Source of the DNA: Octopus vulgaris
Lineage: Eukaryota
Length of the DNA: 64,000 nt
Reading direction: 5' to 3'
NCBI GenBank assembly: GCA_951406725.2
Contig: OX597836.1
Span: 13,392,001 to 13,456,000 of the forward strand
Positions 56,602 through 64,000 of the stretch are shown here, in pieces. The notes below the pieces were generated by a model. It saw only the letters and a list, made by a program, of their open reading frames with translations, ran no database searches and was not told the origin of the DNA. The translations under genes and the position numbers were made by a program. The stretch's first letter is position 1, and each line of letters opens with the position of its first letter.

Positions 56602-57238
56602 TCATGTGAGTGTATGTGTGCGTGCGTAAATATATATATATGTATATGTATATATATGTATTTGTAAATGCATATATATATATACACACACACACGCACG
56701 CACACACACACACACACATATATATATATAGATACATATATATATACAATGCGCGCACATACACACACACATATATATACATATATATACATATACAGCC
56801 ATTACACAAAAACATATATCCACACAGGAAGTTTCCTTCCCAAATACGTTGTTTGGGGTTCAGTCCCACAGCGTGGCACCTTGGGCAAGTGTTTTCTGCT
56901 ATAGCTTCCAGTCGACCATAGATTTGTGAGTGGATTTTGTAGACGGAAACTGAAAGAAGCCCGTCGTATATCAATCAATCAATCAATCTATCTATCTATC
57001 TATCTATCTATCTATGAATATCTATGTGAGTGTGTATCTTTGTGCCTATATATGTTTTGCTCATAAACACACACATCGCCCGGTCTGAGATTCGAACCCA
57101 CGATCCCTCGACCGCGAGTCCGCTGCCTTAGCCACTAGGCCATGTGCCTCAACATACATTCATACATACATGTGTGTGTATGTATGAATGTATGAACGTG
57201 TGAGGCGTGTATTATCTGTGTATGTATGTTTGTGTGCA

Positions 57239-57289
<51 letters not shown>

Positions 57290-57754
57290 CCCGAAAAGGC
57301 CAATTAACATTGACTTGCGGCAATGGAACTATAAATGAAACAAAAGCCGGCATTTTTCATCTATGTATATTCACATCTATATAATTACAATTTTCAACAG
57401 TTTCTTAAATAAGTTTTCCCTTTTCTCTTTAATTTGCAAACGTATATAAACATATGACAACCGTTTCAATAGCAAACGCACGGTTTGCTTAGTCAAAACT
57501 GTATAGGAAAATGACACAAAACTTTCAAACATTAGCTATGCGAAGACGTAATTACTATCTGCCTAGGTTTGCTAGTCTCACACAATAACCGTATAAAATA
57601 TGGAGGTCTTTCTGTCCCAACTCGTATTTACAATTGTCTAGACATCGGGAACAAACTAGACAAGTTTTGTTCTGGAATAAGTGACATTATTTTTATAACA
57701 AATTCAAAACAAAACTTTCAACGACAATATATTTCAATGCGCAGACGTGGATAA

Positions 57755-58233
57755 GGCGGCGAGCTGGCAGAAACGTTAGCACGCCGGGCGAAATGCCTAG
57801 CGGTATTTAGTCTGCCGTTACGTTCTGAGTTCAAATTCTGCCGAGTTCAAATTCCCTTTCGGGGTCGATAAATTAAGTACCAGTTATGCACTAGGGTCGA
57901 TGTAATCGACTTAGTACCTATGTTTGTCCTTGTTTGTCTCCTCTATGTTTAGCCCCTTGTGGGTAATAAAGAAATAGGTATTTCGTCTGCCGCTACGTTA
58001 AGCAAGACGGCGAGCTGGCAGAAGCGTTAGCACGCTGGCCGAAATGCTTAGCGGTATTTCGTCTGCTATGTTCTGAGTTCAAATTCCGCCGAGGTCGACT
58101 TTACCTTTCATCCTTTCGGGGTCGATAAATTAAGTACCAGTTACGCACTGGGGTCGATATAATCGACTTAATCCGTTTGTCTGTCCTTGTTTGTCCCCTC
58201 TATGTTTAGCTCCTTGTGGGCAATAAAGAAATA
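57755..58233 (+). mobile_element. Two SINE family B copies in tandem
   Basis: Heads at 57755 and ~58008; junction GAAATAGGTATTTCGTCTGCCG at ~57971. Confidence 0.9.
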
Positions 58234-58244
58234 AGACGTGGAAA

Positions 58245-58635
58245 GGCGCAGTTGCGGCTGTGTGGTAAGAAGCATGCTACCCAACCACATGGTTCCGGGT
58301 TCAGGCTCACTGCGGAGTATCTTGGGCAAGTATCTTCTGTTATAGCCTCAGGCCGACCAAAGCCTTGTGAGTGGATTTGGTAAACGGAAACTGAAAGAAA
58401 TCCATCGCATATGTGTGTGTGTGTGTGTGTGTTTGTCCCCCAACCATCACTTGACAATCGATATTGGTATGTTTACGTCACCGTAACTTAGCAGTTCGTC
58501 AAAAGAAACGGAAAGAATAAGTACGAGGATTACAACGAATAAGTTCTGGGGTCGATTTCTTCGACTAAAAAACCCTTGGAAGGCGGTGCTCCAGCATGGC
58601 CTCGGTCAAATGACTGAAACAAGTAAAAGAATGAA
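58245..58635 (+). mobile_element. SINE family A, diverged full length
   Basis: Match to family. Confidence 0.88.
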
Positions 58636-58843
58636 AAAATAACACAAGGATTCAAACATCATTATACACGTAAATCATGAGATTTCTCCTAAAAGGTTAT
58701 TTAATCTCGTTAATCTATAATAATCACGATAACGAAATTCAAAGTTTACTTATCAGGAATCCTTGTATATCAGTCACCTTTTTTCTAATCTCCGCTTTAC
58801 ACCTTTATTGAGGAAGTGAACTGATTCAAATAAGCGTCCTACG

Positions 58844-58886
<43 letters not shown>

Positions 58887-59072
58887 TCCCGGGTTGAGTC
58901 GGGGTTAACCACAGTAAATAAGGTACTCAATACATAGCAGAGTAAATTAGATGATTTCTTTTGAATGAAACAGTTCTAGTCCTGTAGAAGCTCCTTCTAT
59001 AAAATAAATACATATATATATATATATATATAAGAGATAATGGTGTCATTGAGACCCAAAGGTGTCCACACC

Positions 59073-59124
59073 GTTTCCGATGAAAGGATATTATTAATTA
59101 ATATCCTAGAAACAGCTGTAAGAC
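59073..59124 (+). ncRNA. Minimal hammerhead-ribozyme-like motif in (TA)n-flanked fragment
   Basis: GTTT-CCGATGA-A-AGGATATTA(TTAAT)TAATATCCT-A-GAAAC-AGCT-GT-A-AGAC; 9-bp stem II, palindromic stem III ACAGCTGT. Confidence 0.6.
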
Positions 59125-59186
59125 CTATTATCTATAAATGCTCTAATATCTATACAGCCTTGGTTTTTTTAAATCTTATTACGCAA

Positions 59187-59268
<82 letters not shown>

Positions 59269-59805
59269 TTGTTATGTATGTATCTAAATGTTAAGGTGTA
59301 GAACGGGTAATTTACGGGCAATAGATGTTTCTTTTGTTCATCTCCGAGAGCCAACGTAAACAATGCTGGTGCAACAAAGAGCTGAAGATTGGCTAAGCAG
59401 GTTTCGTATTTGTTACAGCATATATAAAGCGCTTCACTTTGTTATGAAACAATTGTAGTCGGTGCGTTACCTGTTCCACTCCTCCCATTTTGGATTTGTA
59501 TTCCCCTCCTGAGCAGTTTTATTGCTAAACTGTGATTTGTATGGCGACAGTCAGTGTATTGAAATTATTTTTAATTTCGATATGAGAAAAAGTGTGTCAC
59601 GATGTTAATAAACTTGTTTTATCATACATAGTCCGCTTTTTGTCATCTGTACGAGCCGCATAATTACTCCAATGGAATGTCTAACAATATATGTATATAA
59701 ATATATAAATATGTGTGTGTATGCATACACACACATATATATTTGCACACACACACATACATACACACACATATATGTATATGTCTATGTATATATACAT
59801 ACATC

Positions 59806-59856
<51 letters not shown>

Positions 59857-59864
59857 AATTCTGA

Positions 59865-60140
59865 AATCCTTAAAAATGTTTCAGCCCGAAGGCTGCGGCC
59901 ATGCTGGGGCACCACCGTTGAATGAGCTACACTAGTATGTGAAACCACCTCTGATACGTGGCACTTGATCAACAAGGGAGTTCGATGCCGCTGCCCACAT
60001 CTGTGTTTCCTGCCGAGAGGTAGGTTCATCTGGGACCCCCTGACAAGAAGAGATCCAGTTTAGTTTTAAAGAAACCCTCATCCACACCATGCAGGTCTCT
60101 CAGGCATTTAGGAAGGATATTGAAGAGCTGTGGTCCCCTG
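59865..60140 (-). mobile_element. CR1-type LINE 3' end
   Basis: RGPQLFNILPKCLRDLHG...FFKTKLDLFLS..PDEP...AAASNSLVDQ; 3' tail GGTGCCCCAGCATGGCCGCAGCCTTCGGGCTGAAAC. Confidence 0.85.
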
Positions 60141-60165
60141 ATATATATATATATATATATATATA

Positions 60166-60323
60166 CTTTATTTAAAGCAGCAGAAAATTCAACAAAACCT
60201 GTTACTCTGAGTTCCCCGTTGCCGTTCATCAGACAGTTTTTGCTAGAAAAAACTGTCCGATGAACGGCAACGGGAAACTCAGAGTAACAGGTTTTGTTGA
60301 ATTTTCTGCTGCTTTAAATAAAG
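60166..60323. repeat. 76-bp-arm palindrome with a hammerhead-like motif in each arm (Penelope-like inverted end)
   Basis: Arms 60166-60241 and 60248-60323, two mismatches; CTGT-C(C/T)GATGA-A-CG(GCAA)CG-G-G(A/G)AAC-TCAGA-GT-A-ACAG. Confidence 0.85.
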
Positions 60324-60853
60324 CATATTACTCTACCACTGGTATTTGAGTACTCTTTTTTCCACCTTGTTTCACATTTATGTGTTAACTCCGGTATATA
60401 TATATATATATATATATGGCGACTTGCGTTATGATCATCTTCAACAATGTAACAACGAAATAGATTACCATATTAATGGTCAATCAGATGTTGTAACGAC
60501 AATATTTTAATGTAAAAGTGGCTCGTGTGTGTGTGCCCGCGTATTATCTCATATATATTATATCATATAATACACACATATGCACATGTATATATATATA
60601 TATTTATAAAAAAGAAGTTCGAAAACACCACTATAGAAGATAAATTTTAATTTTCTTAGAAATTTTGCATGTTTCGGTTCTTGAAAAAAAACGAACCTTA
60701 TCAAAAATATTTTTTAAAAGTTAAGTGTAATAAAAAAGTTCATAATTGTTTCTTACTAGTCTCATCAGATTCCACGTGGTGGTGTTTTGTATGGGGGAGT
60801 ATAATGGCTGTCTTGTGTGTTGACTAGAATCGTTGGCTGTAATCGTGAAATAT

Positions 60854-60927
<74 letters not shown>

Positions 60928-60990
60928 ATATATGTATGTATGTATGTATGCATGTATGTATGTATGTATGTATATATATATGTATATTTA

Positions 60991-61035
<45 letters not shown>

Positions 61036-61136
61036 TTATAAATATATATGTATATGTATATATACACACACACATGAGTGTATGTATGCATGCACGTATG
61101 TATGTGTGTGCGTATATATATATATATATGTGTGTG

Positions 61137-61223
<87 letters not shown>

Positions 61224-61294
61224 TTGGGAAGGCGCCTGGCCTTGTGGTTTTAGGGTTTTGCGCCCACGATCTTGAGATTGTGATAATGCCATAC

Positions 61295-61339
<45 letters not shown>

Positions 61340-61739
61340 TATAGCGTGCCGCCGTTTCTAAGTGAAGGCTGAAATACTGTTGTCGACGTACGTTTTATAT
61401 CTATTTTATCTGATATTTTATTATTCCTTCTTAAGTTCATTTAAACTCTTATCAGAAATGTCAGAAAAAATACGGGTCAACGAATGAGTTTCTATGTGGT
61501 TATTCTAAATAGTAAGCAAATCTCCTTCAAATCATACGCTTTTGTCTTTAAGCAAACAAAAGTATGGAAGACTCAAAATGTAACAACCAATGTATGCGTT
61601 TTACAGAAGCTACTTTTCTGGGTTTTTGATAGTAGCTCAAACTCAACCCGAATCGAGCTGATGTGTGATGGGAGACATTTCAGCAATGGCTCTTCTATTT
61701 TGTTGAATATAAAGGACTACATGATTGAATTTATGATTC

Positions 61740-62035
61740 CTATTTCTTTACTACCCACAAGGGACTAAACACAGAGAGGACAAACAAGGACAGACAAGCG
61801 GATTAAGTCTATTATATCGACCTCAGTGCATAACTGGTACTTAATTTATCTACCCCGAAAGGACGAAAGGCAAAGTCGACCTCTGCGGAATTTGAACTCA
61901 GAACGTAACGGCAGACGAAATACCTATTTCTTTACTACCCACAAGGGGCTAAACACAGAGAAGACAAACAAGGACAGACAAAGGGATTAAGTCGATTATA
62001 TCGACCTCAGTGCATAACTGGTACTTAATTTATCT
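61740..62035 (-). mobile_element. SINE family B, head-to-tail partial dimer
   Basis: GGCAGACGAAATACC|TATTTCTTT junction at ~61924. Confidence 0.9.
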
Positions 62036-62355
62036 AGAAACGTGACCAGAATGCTTACAACAGATTGGAATCCACCAAAGGCACCAAAGGCACTAGATAA
62101 CGGTGTTAAACCGGAGGACGTATTAAGTCTATCATTCGTGAAGGCCGTGACAGGATTCGAACTCTTGAAGTTTGGCATTCGCACCGGAAGCCCCAATACG
62201 AACATTTCAGAGTGTTTGGGTGTCAGTTTGAGGACGGTGCAATCTGAGGACATGTAGCGAGAACATGTACCGAAAAACAGAAAACACCCAGCAGAGGAAG
62301 ACAAGCTCCTTCGTCATCCGTTGACGATCAAATACCATTACAATTTCGATACCAT

Positions 62356-62394
<39 letters not shown>

Positions 62395-62424
62395 ACGCGC
62401 GCGTGTGTCTGTATGTATGTATAT

Positions 62425-62735
62425 CACATGATCACGTGACCGACCAGTCCATCAGATGTAGTTACACATCGCTGGTCACAATGTGTTCGCTTTGTTTTAG
62501 CATTCGAATGACGCCACCCCGCTGGCTAAGCGAGCAGGCCAACAGAAGAAAGAGTGGGAGAAAGTTGTGGTGAAAGAGTACAGCAGGGATCACCACCACC
62601 CCCTGTCGGAGCCTCGTGGAGCTTTTTAGGTGTTTTCTCTCAATAAACACTCACAACGCCCGGTCTGGGAATCGAAACCGCGATCCTACGACCGCGAGTC
62701 CGCTGCCCTAACCACTGGGCCATTGCACCTCCACA
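62425..62735 (-). mobile_element. SINE family C, tail type 1
   Basis: Reverse-complement match. Confidence 0.9.
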
Positions 62736-62922
62736 TGTATGCTTATATGGTGATGTAATCTTATTATTATTGTACCTTCAATAAATCCTACCTTCTTTCA
62801 CCTAAGATTATTCTAAAAGTCTAATAATCTATCGGCAGTTTTTTTTTTCCTTTGTTGTTCTCTGTTTACGTAGTTTTGTTATTTCTTTTCAATTTCCCAT
62901 CACTCCCACCCACCCCCACCCC

Positions 62923-63230
62923 AGGCGAAGGCGCGCGGCTTAGTGGTTAGGGTATTCGGCACGTATAAGCGTAAGGACGTAAGTTCCAATCTCGGCGGCG
63001 CGTTGTGTCCTTAAGCAAGACATTTTATTTCACATCGCCGCAGTTCACTCAGCCGGCCTAAAATGACTTGTACCTGTAATTCAAAAGGGGACAGCCTTTG
63101 TCACATTCCATGTCACGCTGAACCACACTGAGAACTACATTAAGGGTTTGCATGTCTGTGGTGTACTCAGCACGTTAATTTCACGAGCAGGCTGTTCCAT
63201 TGGTCATTGTCCTAATCGACAGAGCGTCAG
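62923..63230 (+). mobile_element. Older CORE-like SINE carrying the family C type-2 tail
   Basis: tRNA-like head, GTTGTGTCCTTAAGCAAGACA CORE-like segment, then GTACCTGTAATTCAAA...TTAATTTCACGAGCAGGCTGTTCC. Confidence 0.65.
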
Positions 63231-63469
63231 TTGTTATCATTCCGCCAGTTGTAATCAACCCCATCTTTTAACACACATTTCTGTCTGTCTGTCTGTCTAT
63301 ACGGTAATCCCACTTGAAAAATCAACAAGAAAATATACCTCGCTCTATCTATCAATCTACAACACCAAGGGTTCTCAAACATTTTTTTTACTTATGGGCC
63401 CCCTTGGTTACTATTTTATTCTGGTGGACTTCCATAGCCATCCGATGTTCAGAAACTAGTTTTATAGAA

Positions 63470-64000
63470 GGCGGCGAGCTGGCAGAAACGTTAGCACGCC
63501 GGGCGAAATGCTTAGCGGTATTTCGTCTGCCGCTGCGTTCTGAGTTCAAATTCCGCCGAGTTCGACTTTGCCTTTCATCCTTTCGAGGTCGATAAATTAA
63601 GTACCAGTTACGCACTGGGGTCGATGTAATCGACTTAATCCGTTTGTCTGTCCTTGTTTGTCCCTTCTATGTTTAGCCCCTTGTGGGTAGTAAAGAAATA
63701 GGTATTTCGTCTGCCGTTACGTTGTGAGTTCAAATTCCGCAGAGGTCGACTTTGCCTTTCATCCTTTCGGGGTCGATAAATTAAGTAACAGTTACGCACT
63801 GGGGTCAATGTAATCGACTTAATACCTATGTCTGTCCTTGTTTGTCCCCTCTGTGTTTAGCCCCTTGTGGGTAGTAAAGAAATAGGTATTTCGTCTGCCG
63901 CTGCGTTCTGAGTTCAAATTCCGCCGAGTTCGACTTTGCCTTTCATCCTTTCGGGGTCGATAAAAATAAATACCAGTTACGCACTGGGGTCGATATAATC
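63470..64000 (+). mobile_element. SINE family B tandem array, 184-bp period, runs off window
   Basis: One head, then units starting GGTATTTCGTCTGCCG at 63517, 63701, 63885. Confidence 0.93.

Noticed and set aside
62180-62250. HTH-like peptide GIRTGSPNTNISECLGVSLRTVQ (possible Tc1/mariner N-terminus)
   Set aside because: Too short, no TIR or catalytic motifs seen; not listed as a feature

Overview
Eukaryotic, AT-rich, very repeat-dense DNA with no intact multi-exon gene. The SINE set and the (TA)n/(TATG)n/(ATT)n load resemble coleoid cephalopod (Octopus-like) DNA; this is an inference from repeat recognition. Almost all long ORFs in the track are microsatellite artefacts. The window holds: (i) dozens of tRNA-derived SINE copies of three main families (called A, B, C here) with shuffled heads and tails; (ii) decayed DNA transposons (Merlin transposase plus a Merlin-type MITE, two mariners, one Tc1, hAT MITE, four non-autonomous Helitrons); (iii) LINE remnants (R4/Dong-type, RTE, CR1), a 128-bp Gypsy-type solo LTR and a second LTR with a tRNA-Ser PBS; (iv) a ~10.4 kb array of an 85-bp satellite; (v) short (TA)n-embedded Penelope-like fragments carrying minimal hammerhead-ribozyme motifs, plus many fold-back palindromes; (vi) a candidate + strand host gene, with a probable 5' exon ending at 17560 and a 303-nt His/Gln-rich exon at 33350-33652. 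No clearly new protein-coding system was found. The best leads are the hammerhead/palindrome fragments, the recurrent head-to-tail junction of SINE B, the 1.36-kb inverted duplication abutting the putative promoter, and the zoned satellite. Coordinates were read by eye; SINE and relic boundaries are approximate.
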